A stretch of DNA of 64,000 bases from Octopus sinensis (lineage: Eukaryota). The stretch covers positions 10,726,001-10,790,000 of the forward strand of contig NC_043015.1 in assembly GCF_006345805.1 (NCBI RefSeq), given 5' to 3'. Numbering within the stretch: the first letter of the stretch is position 1; the number at the start of each line of letters is the position of its first letter. Below the pieces are notes generated by a model that was not told the origin of the DNA, did not search any database, and saw only the letters and a program-made list of their open reading frames with translations. Made by a program: the position numbers and the translations under genes. Positions 50,677-64,000 of this stretch are shown here, in pieces.

Positions 50677-51577
50677 AGATTGATAGATAGACGTGTGCAA
50701 GACGTGTGCATTATATCAATATATTTAGCCGCGTGTTTTATCTTTTGGTCACATCATCTCCAAAACAATATTACTTCGAAAAAAATCTTCTATCGGGTAA
50801 CTCTATCTGTTATCTATTATAATCATAAATCGAATCACTCTGATATCACCGACCATCATCTTACGGACAAAAAAGAATCGCATAAAGTGCAGTCCTACAT
50901 ACTTTTCAAATATGGGTAGGCCTGTTATGAATAATTAAGTTCATAAATCTGAGCTAAATGGTTCATCTTTTGCTAAACTTAAAAGCAAAAATGATAAATA
51001 CTACACCGAACAAAATATGTTATTGCGCCGGTCATGATGGCCAAAACATAGATTTTCTACTTCAAAGATTTTATTGAGAAGAAATATGAAACGACAGCTT
51101 ATCCAGGCTGTGTGAGTCCGTGAAATCGATGCAACGTAGACTCTTTTTGAACAACTGCATAACGACAGTACATAGGTTGAAAAGGAAGTCTAGAAAACTG
51201 AAATGTTTGATTTGTGGTTATTGTGCGAAAAATGTATAGGCAGTCTCATTATAAATAACTAGAGAAAGGGAGACGGATATAGATATAGAAGCTGACTGGA
51301 AGTTTTAAAGTGTGTAGAGCAGAATTTGGTGTGTCGCAGTGAGCGATCCCTCGTGAAAATTTGGATGGCGTTTTTTTTCGGACGTACATCGAGTATGTAA
51401 GGTTGATTTCCTGCAGGAATTTCATTATCAATTGACATAAATATATTTCATAAAGATATAACCACTGCAAAATGTTACTTACTTCGTCAAGTAAAGTACA
51501 GTAAGTGTAGATCTAATTTTAAAACTTTCCCCCACTTTTATAAATTTTTCCACCTTTTGATGTAATTTTTAAAGTTA

Positions 51578-51975
51578 TACTCTTTACTCTTTTACTCTTT
51601 TACTTGTTTCAGTCATGTGACTGTGGCCATGCTGGAGCACCGCCTTTAGTCGAACAAATCGACGCCAGGACTTATTCTTTGTAAGTCTAGTACTTAATCT
51701 ATCGGTCTCTTTTGCCGAACCGCTAATTACGGGGACGCAAACACACCACCATTGGTTGTCAATTGATGTTGGGGGGGGGGGGACAAACATAGACACACAC
51801 AAACACACACAAACATATATACATACATATACATATAGACGACGGGCTTCTTACAGTTTCCGTCTACCAAATCCACTCAGAAGACACTTGTCCAAGGTGC
51901 CCCACAGTGGGACTGAACCCGGAACCATGTGGTTGGTAAGCAAGCTACTTACCACACAGCCAATCCTGTGCCTAT
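51578..51975 (-). mobile_element. SINE family C (internal deletion)
   Basis: Matches the other copies. Confidence 0.85.
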
Positions 51976-52415
51976 GTGAATGATTATTAACAATATCTAA
52001 ATGCAATCTCGATTAGGCATTTGCGAATTCTCAGGTTAGAATTCAGAGAAGATGTCTTAATGTGGGTGTATGTGTGCGTGTGTGTGTTTGTAAATTTCTG
52101 TGTGTGTGTGTATGTACTTTTGGATATCACGCAGTTTCTGGTTAACAAACATCATATCAAGGGCAAGGGATATTTCGAAGTCATATTAAACATTTGCCGA
52201 AAAGAAGGGCGCTCTCAGATCGAACCGAATCAATTTCATTTTGAAATATAAATCTCTTTACATTTTTATCGGCAAGAAAAAGTCTTGACATCAGTATCGT
52301 TTTGATTGCATATATTATTTGGCTTGTAACATATGACTATAGCATATCAATGACTTTAGAATATATATGTATATATGTATATACATATATGTATATATGT
52401 ATATACATATATATA

Positions 52416-52458
<43 letters not shown>

Positions 52459-52575
52459 ATTTATATGTATATATGTATGTATGTATATACACGCACACAT
52501 ATATATATATATATATGTACATATATACATATATATATACATATATATATATATATAATATATATATATATATAT

Positions 52576-52621
<46 letters not shown>

Positions 52622-52971
52622 TATAGATATAGATATAGATATAGATATATTTATATATGTAAACAAACACCCCTGATACCGTACGTGTATGTGCGTGTGT
52701 GTTAACAAATAATTCCGTAGCCTCTTTAAAAATTTCCGAATATATTCGCGATCGGAATTCGAAAACTCCATTCAGTCTAAATTCGTAGGAATGCATATAC
52801 GTTAAAACACTTGAATACCTTATATAGCGTCAGCTGGCTCGTTGTTTTCCTGCATTTTCTAATGTGCAATGTTATATACTTAATTTCATGCAATGGATTT
52901 TACTGAAATAGCTTCAGCATATTCCATGACATTACGTTATCGCTTATTGAACACTCAGTTTTTTTATCTAT

Positions 52972-53014
<43 letters not shown>

Positions 53015-53072
53015 ATATATAGACATGTATACAAATGTGTATGTATTCTTACATACAGGCATATATACATAC

Positions 53073-53104
<32 letters not shown>

Positions 53105-53128
53105 GTGTGTGTTTATGCACATGTGAAC

Positions 53129-53173
<45 letters not shown>

Positions 53174-53806
53174 CTTATGTATGTGTATACATACGTACAG
53201 AGAGATAAACATATATACGTATAAATATATAGCTATAATAATAAATGAATGCATAATTTAAGAGGATACTCTATATTGCGTGTTTTTTTTAAATAAATAC
53301 TTCCAAGCGTATAACCTATATGCAACAATATTTCATTTTAAAATATTGCATGGTGTGTGTCACCCGGGGTCACGAAAACCTTTTAACATATTTGCATGAT
53401 CAGCATTTAGAATAATATTTTTCTTTCCCTTTTCCGAAATATGAAAGGATTTGAAAGAATTTGTTTCGCAGTCTTAGGCTAAAAGATCCGTGTTTTATAT
53501 CACTATTCTACAGCTGAATTTTATGCCAAGGTAGAATATTCTGCGTAATACTCCATAAATGGAATATTGTTGTGGAAGAAAATAAATGCTTTTTAGATAA
53601 AATGTCTACTGAATTAAAAAATACACATTATTTTAAAAATAAACATGAGGTTTTTGATTGCATGTGTGTAGGTGGGGTATATTCTTGGATAGAAAGGATA
53701 ATAATTTTACTTGGGTCGTCCATAGGTTTGGTAACCCAGGTTCGACTTCATTCTTCAAAAAGAAGAAATATCGGTGGAAGACCATACAGAAAAAAATTGA
53801 TATATA

Positions 53807-53840
<34 letters not shown>

Positions 53841-53849
53841 ATCTGTGTA

Positions 53850-53887
53850 TCTTTCTGTTGAAGAGCGTAGGCTCGAAACGTAAAAGA
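53850..53887 (+). ncRNA. Minimal hammerhead-like motif, family 3 (A6U variant)
   Basis: [ucuuu] CUGUUGA A [gagc-guag-gcuc] GAAA CG UA [aaaga]. Confidence 0.5.
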
Positions 53888-53986
53888 CTTGTTTTATTTC
53901 TATTCCTGAGCGCCATACTAATACAATTGTTTGTTTGTACTCCACCTGCCTTTGTCTTTTGATTATTTTCGTAAAGCTTCACGTTA

Positions 53987-54064
<78 letters not shown>

Positions 54065-54159
54065 CGTGTGTGTGTGTGTTTGTGTGTTTGTGTGTGAGTG
54101 TGCGCGTGTGTGTGTGTACTGTAGAGAAGAGATCTAATATAACCTGCATGACCTCCTCG

Positions 54160-55215
54160 GTGTGAGCAACGGGAACTGCATCATCAGCATAAAGGAGCTA
54201 TCGAGCAAGGGCCTGGAATATCTTCGAATTTGCATTAAAGCGTTTAACATCAAAGACCTTACCTGTGGTTCTGAAGCGAATATACACGCCGATGTCACAG
54301 TCTTGGAAAGCGTGAAAGATAGTTACAGCAAAATATATGGAAAAATGTGTTGGAGCAGCAATATCAGCTTATTTAACTCCGTTATCGATGGAAATTGGTT
54401 CCGATAGTGACCCATTGAAGTTAAAGTGAGCTTTCGTATCACTATGAAGTTGTTTTAACAAGTTAACAAATTGAGGTGGACAACCAAGTTTACCAAGAAT
54501 GGTAACAGTGTCGATGGCTTTTGTTAAATCGACAAATACCTGATACAGAGCTTTTTAACAATAGTGTATTATCTGGCAGAAGTAACCCCTTCAAAACCGA
54601 GCTTAGTATATATGAATTTTGCATTTTAACGGTCCTCCTGTACTCTTCTGAGAACTAGATGACATATCGGTGCAACATCAAGGTTTTTGAAAGATTCAAT
54701 CAGACTTGACTAAGGAGGATATTAGACATCAAATGGAAGTCCTTAACGTCACACACCGGTGCTCTTCAGCAAGCTGACACATCCATTATTGAAATGATCC
54801 TTACACGCAATCAGATGCGTTGAGCTGGGCATCTTGCTAGGATACAGGTTGACAAGTTACCAAATCAGTTGTTTTACAGGAAGTTGCAGCCTCGCAAACG
54901 TCCGATACATAAACCTAAGAAACGTATTAGGGATTCTGTCAACAGCAACCTTAAGGCTCTTAATGTGAAATGTGAAGAATCGGAGCAGATGGTGTAAGGT
55001 CGATCGGTTTGGAAACAAATAATCTACAATAGATGTAAATTATTTAAAAATCGAAGAATTGAACAATCTATCTTGAAACGAGTACTTTGTAGACGGGACT
55101 TAATTACAATTCCAGTCACGTATCTGCTTAAAACTATTTGTAGGATCTGTGGTAGTCACATAACATCTCGACAGTATTTATTAATCGAAGAAATGGTCTT
55201 CTTCTGTAAACATGT
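54160..55215 (+). mobile_element. Degraded RTE-clade LINE, 3' part
   Basis: Fragments such as CILTVLLYSSE, ERFNQT*LRRILDIKW, RNQMR*AGHLARI, KPKKR.RDSV and a terminal CxxC; the 5' boundary is uncertain. Confidence 0.75.
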
Positions 55216-56140
55216 GGCAATGCATGTATATATATACATGTAGATGTAGGTACGTACATATATGTATGTATGTATGCATATATTTTATTTATTACACTAT
55301 TGTATGACTGAGCCCCGTTGCGTCGATTCGATTCGTTTCGTTTCGTTTCATCTCCTCTAAGTAAGTTTTTATATATAATTATGACGCGAAACTCTATAAC
55401 TCTTTGCTTGACCTTCCCTTCCTTCCCTATCTCTCTCTCTCTCTCTCTCTCTCACTCTCACTCCTCCTCATCTCTCTCACAGCCGCTTGTCTTCCTATAT
55501 CTCTCTCTCTCTCTCTCTCCCTCGTCCTCATCTCTCTCACTGCCGGGCGACTACTTCCTTTCGCCTGCGGCCTCCTAACAGTGAACACATGTTCTTCCAG
55601 CGCTCTTAAGAATTTTTCCTCGTCTAGGCCAAAATAAGGCCCTCATTGTTTGTTTTCTTGTTTGTTTTTATTTCTTGTACTGTATTTTTTCGTAATTGTA
55701 TTTTTATTTTGTATTTTATTTTGTATTTTATTTTGTAATTTTATTTGTATCGTTTTTACGTCCTGTTTTTGTCACATTTTTTATTTCCTTGTTTTTACTC
55801 CTCTGCGACGTAATTTTATTTAATTCTTTCGCAGGAAGGGCTAGTTCGACGAGTCGTGTTCTGTCCTGACCTTCGAAACACACATGGAGTTGAACTAGGG
55901 ACACCTGATGAAGGGGAATTTTCCTAGTGTAGTTTGTCTTGTACTCTGTTTTTCGTTGTTAAAAAAGGTCCGTTTCCATATTTGTTTTTACGTTTTCGTT
56001 TCTCGTTGAGTTCTACGTCTATTTGTGGTGTCCTGTACTCACGTATATATATTTATATATGCATGTGTATATACATGTAGATGTAGGTACGTACATATAT
56101 GTATGTATGCATATATTTTATTTATTACACTATATATATA

Positions 56141-56235
<95 letters not shown>

Positions 56236-57520
56236 TAATAATGTGTGAAAATCATTAATGGCTTTACCAGAACTAAAAACCTTAAATATTTAAAGGGATT
56301 GGCTATAAGCCTCACCACGTGCGCTAGGAAATAGACGCCTAAAGACGTTATTAACATCTTAAGAGTTCGGCAAAAGAGAGATAATGAATTATAATTTTGA
56401 AATCCCGAAATCTCTGAATCGTTTGTAGACCGATTTCGAAAAAGTGGCTGTAAAGAATATTTTGTTTCTAGTACAATATATCTATAAATACATCCCCCCC
56501 CCAGATGAAAGCAACAGCTACTGTCTCTTCAAATACATAGGAGCGTTAATATATTATCAGACAAATTTAACCACCAGTGAGATGTCTGCCGACCAAGTAG
56601 CATTTCAACCAACTTACATCCTTCTGTGAAGCTTATAGCATTACATATACAAATGTGTACACTAAAACTGAACAATTTAAAGCTGATACACACATTCACA
56701 TAACCTTTCTCTGCTTGACTGAACTCTGAACGGAAGCTTCCAGGTTATGGAATGTTTTAATGGTTCACAAGGAAAGTAAATATGCGGAAAATTGGAACTT
56801 ATTAAATGCTCCATAACCTATAGCTGACACACCTATCTAAACGTTTTGCACGCTGGTCTGAACTCTGGACAACAGTGAATACATTCCAAATTCATGCAGG
56901 TGAAGATTCACATTAGTGTTCAAATAATAGAAACAATAAGACATATTTACACATCGGGTGGCCAACTAACATTGTTTTCTGATTCCCTAAAACATCCGAA
57001 ACATCTAAAATGACACGCACGGTCACACAGTCGTACATGCCTGACTGAATGGTGTAAAAAAGACGCAAATTTAAGGTCAATCAATAAAACAACATTCTTA
57101 GTAAGTTTCAATCAACGAAGGCCAAAACAAACCAACGAAGGCCAAAACAGCGAAGAAAAATAATAAACATGAAATACTACCCGAAGCAGGAGCACTTATC
57201 ATGGTCCCAGATATAGAATGCCGAACATAATCGCGTTGGTATCCAAGGGTGCAGTAATCCCACCTGTGCTGACTGGCCCTTGGTCGATGCAAAGGTATCC
57301 CTCAAAGAGGGATGCCTTTACAACGCCAACTGGTGTATAGACCCCACTGAGCTGGAGATATTTTTCTGTACTCACCTTTCTTCATATTAATAGTGCTCGT
57401 CGTTGGAGTCATACACAACTTTAGACCCTTGCACTGACATAACTGACACTCACGTGTCAGGAATTGTCATGCTCGTTCTGACGAATTGAGAGCCATCAGG
57501 TATGTATGTATGTATGTATG

Positions 57521-58221
57521 TTGTATTCTGGTCAGAATGAAGGAACCAAGGATGCCAAAACTACTCTTTTATGGAGAGTTAGCTAAAGGAGAACGACCTC
57601 CACATAAACCAAAAAACAGGTATAACGACTTGCTGAAGGCTTCCTTAAGAGATGCTTGCATCTCTCCTGACACATGGGAAGACATAGCTATTGATCGTAG
57701 CAGGTGGAGAAGTATTGTGCATGAGGGGACAGCCCCTTTTGAGAAATCTCGAGTTGCATAAGAGAAAGTAAGGAGGGATGTCAGGAAGGGCATCACTGTT
57801 ACACTTCCAGATGGGAAGGGTTTTCCTATTATGCTGGCATGCAGTGTCTGTGCAAGACCCTGCCTCAGTAAAGCTGAACTCAAGAGTAAACTTCGTAGTC
57901 ATACAGCGAGACAGATGAGTGAAAACCTGGCCACTGGTGGTGGTGTTACACACCATATTAATCATATCTGTCAGGCATGTGGAAGAGAGTGTAATTTGGC
58001 AGGAGGACGTAAACGACATGCAAATGTACATGAAGCCCAGTTACAACTACAGCCGGCTATTACCGGTAAATGTTTTAGTTGCCAATTCTGTACAAGACAT
58101 TGTAGATCTTTAGCTGGGCTAAAAAGTCACATTCGATCACAGGACCAGTAACAGTTGAGCTTCGTGCAATGGCCATACTCGATAACGAGGAGGAAGACAT
58201 AATGTATGTATGTATGTATGC
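57521..58221 (+). mobile_element. 5'-truncated RTE-clade LINE with three C-terminal zinc fingers and a (TATG)n tail
   Basis: RMKEPRMPKLLFYGELAKGERPPHKPKNRYNDLLKASL..WEDIAIDRSRWR; one in-frame stop at 57759; 3' ctcg-ataa-cgag hairpin. Confidence 0.88.
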
Positions 58222-58987
58222 ATGAACACGAAGTTTCCAAAAATAAATCTGTCGGTAACATGAGTTTAAGGTCTGTTCATACTTTATTATATAATCTACC
58301 TTTTAGTGAAAACTACTGCTGCAATGTTTGTTCAAATATTATGAGAGACAAGAAAAGTACATCAATTCGATGACGTGCCAATTACGCCACTTTCCATAAA
58401 TCGGTCAAGAAACACAGAAGGCGCGTTCATATATTAATATAACAATTCCTAATCGAAATGCTTATATTCGAGTTGATATGTGGTTCAATTTTCTCTCGTG
58501 TTAAACGCGTCAAATAGACGTTGGAATAAACGAATTTTCAACTTTTGAATATTGATGTAGCTAAAATTAATTATTAAAGAATGGTAAAAAGGCACAAAAT
58601 AGTCAATAGTGATGGAGTATAGCAAAAACAGAAATGAATTAGAGAATAAAAGAAATCTGCACTACGTGTAGATGCGTGTGCATGTGAATGTATATATGCG
58701 TGAGTGCGTACGTTCCCGCTCACGTGCGTGCCTGCGCATGCGTGTGTGAGTATAAGATGCAATAACTGTATGAGAGGATACAAAGGATATGATCCATAAG
58801 CAACTCTAAGAAAAATCGTGCTCCGAATAGGAAATCAAATTATATAACAGAGAAAGTATATAAGGAAAACATGCACATTACAGATGAAGACATATAGTGG
58901 ATAACGAAATATATATATATATATATAATATATATATTATATATATATATAATATATATATTATATATATATATATATATTATATAT

Positions 58988-59019
<32 letters not shown>

Positions 59020-59086
59020 ATATAATATATATATATAATATATATATATATATATTATATATATATATATATATATGTATGTATAT

Positions 59087-59133
<47 letters not shown>

Positions 59134-59449
59134 GTATGTATTTATAAGTGTATGTAAAAGCGAAAGAGGTGTCTAGAAGACACCTGATAATATCGTGAAT
59201 CATAGAGTCAGAATTAAAATAAAATTATGTATTAGGTAGGTGTTACTATAACAAACTCTGCGTTACAATTTATAAATATTGACTTATGCACAAATATTTA
59301 TATAGAGATAAAACATAATTCAAAATATAAAACGTAAAGCGATATAACATTAAACATATGCCACAGAGATATTCACCTACATAAAATATGGCGGTGACTT
59401 AGGTACGAAAGCAAAATATTGAGGAGTTAGATGGGAAAGTACATTAGGG

Positions 59450-61500
59450 CCTCGATAAATCATCATCACGCTCTCATTTTCTTAGGGTGTAAATAATACT
59501 TAAGACCTATGGCGAAATATAATTTGAATATAATTTTGAGGAAATATAAATATAATAAATAACAATATACACGTATAGGTACATTATTAGAAGCTAGGAT
59601 AAGATAGTTACTATATAATATTTTAGATATTGATATGAATTATTATTCTTACGAATAAAATTAAGGATTTGTTGCAGAGGAACTATTTACGTAATCGATC
59701 TCTGCATCTTATAATCATTTCGTCAAATTGGTTAGTGATGTTATCTTTGCAATCCATGATAATGTATGATTATTTATCGTTAGAACCGCTATGCTGTGCT
59801 GCCCTTCGAATTATCACCGTTGCAATTGAGTAGCCCCATGTTCCTCTTTCACCCACAAATTTCTGAGAACGAACCGTGCTACCAGCCATGTCTTCGGATT
59901 TGATCATGTTACGTAAGTGGGAATTAAAATCATTGACCTAATATATAAAGATGTTTAGATTTCCGCATATTAAATTCGCATTTGTAAACGATGTTGTTAA
60001 TTAGACTTTTATTATCTAAAGGGCATGTAGAAGGGCATCTAATATTAAACAGTTTTGTTGTAATGCTATATAGTAAACTGTTATTATCGTTCCTAGGTTT
60101 ATTACTACCGTTATCATTATTAAGTTTGGCGATGTGATTATTGTAAACATTACTGATAATCCATTACTATATACAGGGTTTACATTATAATTTCGCTCGT
60201 TAAATTGAACAGAGTTCAGGTTTGTTTCGTTGGGTATATTTACAGATTCGGAATGTTCTATACCGGTATTGCATTAATAGGTAGATCAATCAGTCCATAA
60301 ATATATATAAAATGTATAATATTTTCTAAGTCAAAAGAGTTGGAATACGACATTTTATTATCGTTGAGAATTTGCCAGAATTATATTTGCCAGAAGTGAG
60401 AACGTGCATGTTTCTATTGTCTGATTGTTTAGATCTGAAGACATATGGATTCGAGTAAGCCGGTGGTTCTCATAAAAAAAACGCACCTTAATGTATTATT
60501 CTATAAATCACATAGCATATATTGTACGATACAAAAGAAAAATCATAAGGAGTGTATAAGATAATGAATAAAGAGAGAAATATGCTATGATATAATTTAC
60601 TTTGCCATTGGCTATTCATATTTCACAATAATTGTTTCGCAACTTAATAAACATGTACAAATAATGTATTTTATCATATAATAAAATATAAGGAAAACGG
60701 GAAAATGGAGAAATATTAACGAACAACAATTGACTTACGTGAATTATTATTTATTAATTCAATACAAATAGGGCGCATCCTATCTTACACCTGTTTCTGC
60801 TTCCAATGTTATATGGTATTGCCATTGATATGCTAAAATCATTTATCATATTTGGTAATAAAACCGATCTGAAACATGGTGCTTCATCAGAGCGAAAATT
60901 AAATAAAGACGTAGAGCATAGAGAAGAAATGGGAAAAGTTGAATATGATTCACATCATACGGTTTTGATTGTGTCTCTCTTTGGGACGTTAAATAAAGAA
61001 CTAAATCAAAATAGCAATTGGTGGATTAATCCTTTGTACAGGGGGGATAGGATGGATAAAGGATTTAAAAAATAAAAATTATAGTGGGATACGCCAATAG
61101 ACTTTAATCCGAGAAGGGGTGAAGACACAATAAGGTTTTAGAATAATCATAATAATTTATAATAATTATATTTGTAGCATTTATCATAATAAAGTGCTAA
61201 TCGGTTAAATATAATTTTTATTTCTTCACTAGTACTTGGTTAAGCCCTTCCACTTGTTGTCAGAAGTAAGATAGGCCAAGGTCCAACGTTTGGTGTAATT
61301 GGTCAGTTGAATTTTTTTAAAAAAGACCAGCTATTGAGACCGTTATACGGGGTAAGATAAATAAATAAATGGATAGGGAAATGGTGTATGTTGCAAGGGG
61401 CCCTAAAACGTTTAGACTAGTAAATACTAGATTTTAAAAAATAATGTTATGGAATCAGTATTAAGAGAGAGACCTATTTGGACATTTAAGAAGTAAGACG
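59450..61500 (-). mobile_element. Highly degraded Penelope-like element (RT + GIY-YIG)
   Basis: SSLF-NVPKRDTI (60967-61002), GVR*DAP (60771-60791), NIVYKCEFN..HLYILGQ (59932-59995) in PLE order and spacing. Confidence 0.55.
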
Positions 61501-61923
61501 TTATGGTTGAAAATGGTCTAAACGTTTTCTAATAGGAATGTGAAATTATTAAAAACAATGAAACGAATTTATGCTATAGGAAAATTATAGAAATATGTGT
61601 GGTTAAGGAGGGGGAATAACTAGGTTATGGGGTCATAATATACCGGTAGTGTAATGGATACTTCTATCCCTTAGACGGTTATTTTACCCTCTAACTCATA
61701 TAACCTATAATACAATATATTATAAAGTTTTTACAAGTCAGAGTTAATATATATAAAAATTTTCAATTAATGACAATCAAGCTCAAAATCTGCATTAATT
61801 TCAAAATTATATATATAATAGTAATACAGTTATGTAAATAATTTGTCATTTGTTATAATACATAATAAAATAAATTATTTATACATGAATATTAAATCTG
61901 CAAAGCATTTGAAGGTAAATATG

Positions 61924-61975
<52 letters not shown>

Positions 61976-62002
61976 ATACATATATATAAGTATATTTGTA
62001 TG

Positions 62003-62083
<81 letters not shown>

Positions 62084-62153
62084 ATAGTAGGGAATATAAT
62101 TCTAAAACTTACAAGGAAAAATTCAATTTGACAATTTTAAATCAAATTTCACA

Positions 62154-62535
62154 ATGTATAAGGCATATGTATAATTTAGAGGAAAACCTCTATTATTTCA
62201 ATAAAGAAAGATGTTATTCACACCGTTTAGAAAACATATACTACAGAAAAAGTTTATTTTAAACATCAATAAATTACAATAAATAGTAAATAGTAGTAGC
62301 AGAAAACTACTATCATTAAAGTACAATAAATAGTATTGTACTAATAATCAATAAAGTACAGTAAATAGTAAATAGTAGTAGTAGTAGTAACTACTATCTA
62401 ATATTTATTGTACTGTATTGATTTTTTAAATAATGTATTTTTTATAGTATGTGTTTTCTATATGGTGTGAATAACATTTTTCTTTATTGAATTGTTTAAT
62501 TTAGGCGTGTCTCTAAATTATATGCATTCATACAT
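62154..62535. repeat. AT-rich foldback element (imperfect ~130-bp inverted arms)
   Basis: ttcaataaagaaagatgttattcacacc matches the reverse complement of ggtgtgaataacatttttctttattgaa. Confidence 0.75.
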
Positions 62536-62911
62536 ACATATATGTATATATATATATATATATTAGTGGACATATGAAATACCAGGCCCCGTACATCACG
62601 AGCGTCTCCAAAAGCAACCGTAGTTTAGAGAATGATAGTTTTTCTCTGTAACATCACATATTCTCACGGTGAAAAAAATTGTTTATTATGCGGCTTTGAA
62701 AATGTGTATTTTTTTTTTATCTCAAGACAAGGAATAACGAGACTTTGTGAAAATATATATGTTGGTGTACAAAAGAAGCCATAAAACAACAACAAAAATA
62801 ATCATCGGTAAATGAACGCCCGTCGAAATTAAAATTTATCAAGGACTACATACTTATCTCTCCGTCAATCTCTAATATGCATCTTCATATTATTATGATT
62901 ATTATTATTTA

Positions 62912-63735
<824 letters not shown>

Positions 63736-64000
63736 CATGTTTGCTGTTGTAGTTGATTTTGTTGTTGGTGTTGTTGTTCATCCATCGACACGTATTGCAC
63801 ATCAACCCAGTAAGTATTTGTTATATATATTGTTGCGGAAAGCTATACTATTTGTTATCATTATATAGACGAGTTAGCCAGAACCTTAGAGGGTCGGTTA
63901 GGCTTTCTCCAAATCTAGCACTTAGGGAATTAATTGGAGTTTCTTCAGCAAACAAGGACCTCAATTTTGTTTTTAAAAAAAAGTAAAATGGATTTTTCTC

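Noticed and set aside
55895-55935. gacac CTGATGA A gggg..cc hammerhead-like start
   Set aside because: No GAAA/stem III follows; a type II reading using the upstream GAAA gives no credible stem I. At most a decayed remnant
60000-61800. Possible NUMT (AT-rich, mitochondrial-looking DNA)
   Set aside because: No recognisable mitochondrial protein or rRNA motif; PLE motifs explain it better

Overview
Eukaryotic, AT-rich, repeat-dominated DNA with no recognisable host protein-coding gene. The SINE families and (TA)/(CAT)/(GATA) microsatellite load look like an Octopus (coleoid cephalopod) genome; this is inferred from remembered repeat families, not a search. Nearly all ORFs in the supplied track are microsatellite or antisense artefacts. 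Recognisable elements: a full-length but inactivated CR1-type LINE (12225-16850, minus) whose ORF1 combines a Myb/SANT-like N-terminus, polyQ and two CCCH fingers; two RTE 3' fragments (one with three C-terminal zinc fingers); two Penelope-like (PLE) remnants; mariner remnants; a non-autonomous Helitron; and many tRNA-derived SINEs. The main structure is a ~5.83-kb unit present in three tandem copies (24788-41967). Each copy holds a direct-plus-inverted array of a ~535-nt repeat carrying a type I hammerhead ribozyme motif, giving nine in total (eight with a canonical CUGAGGA core), arranged so that ~531-536-nt monomers could be excised. Three further hammerhead-like families occur, including one with a compensatory G3-C8 core. 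All ribozyme calls are by-eye motif and stem matches and are untested.
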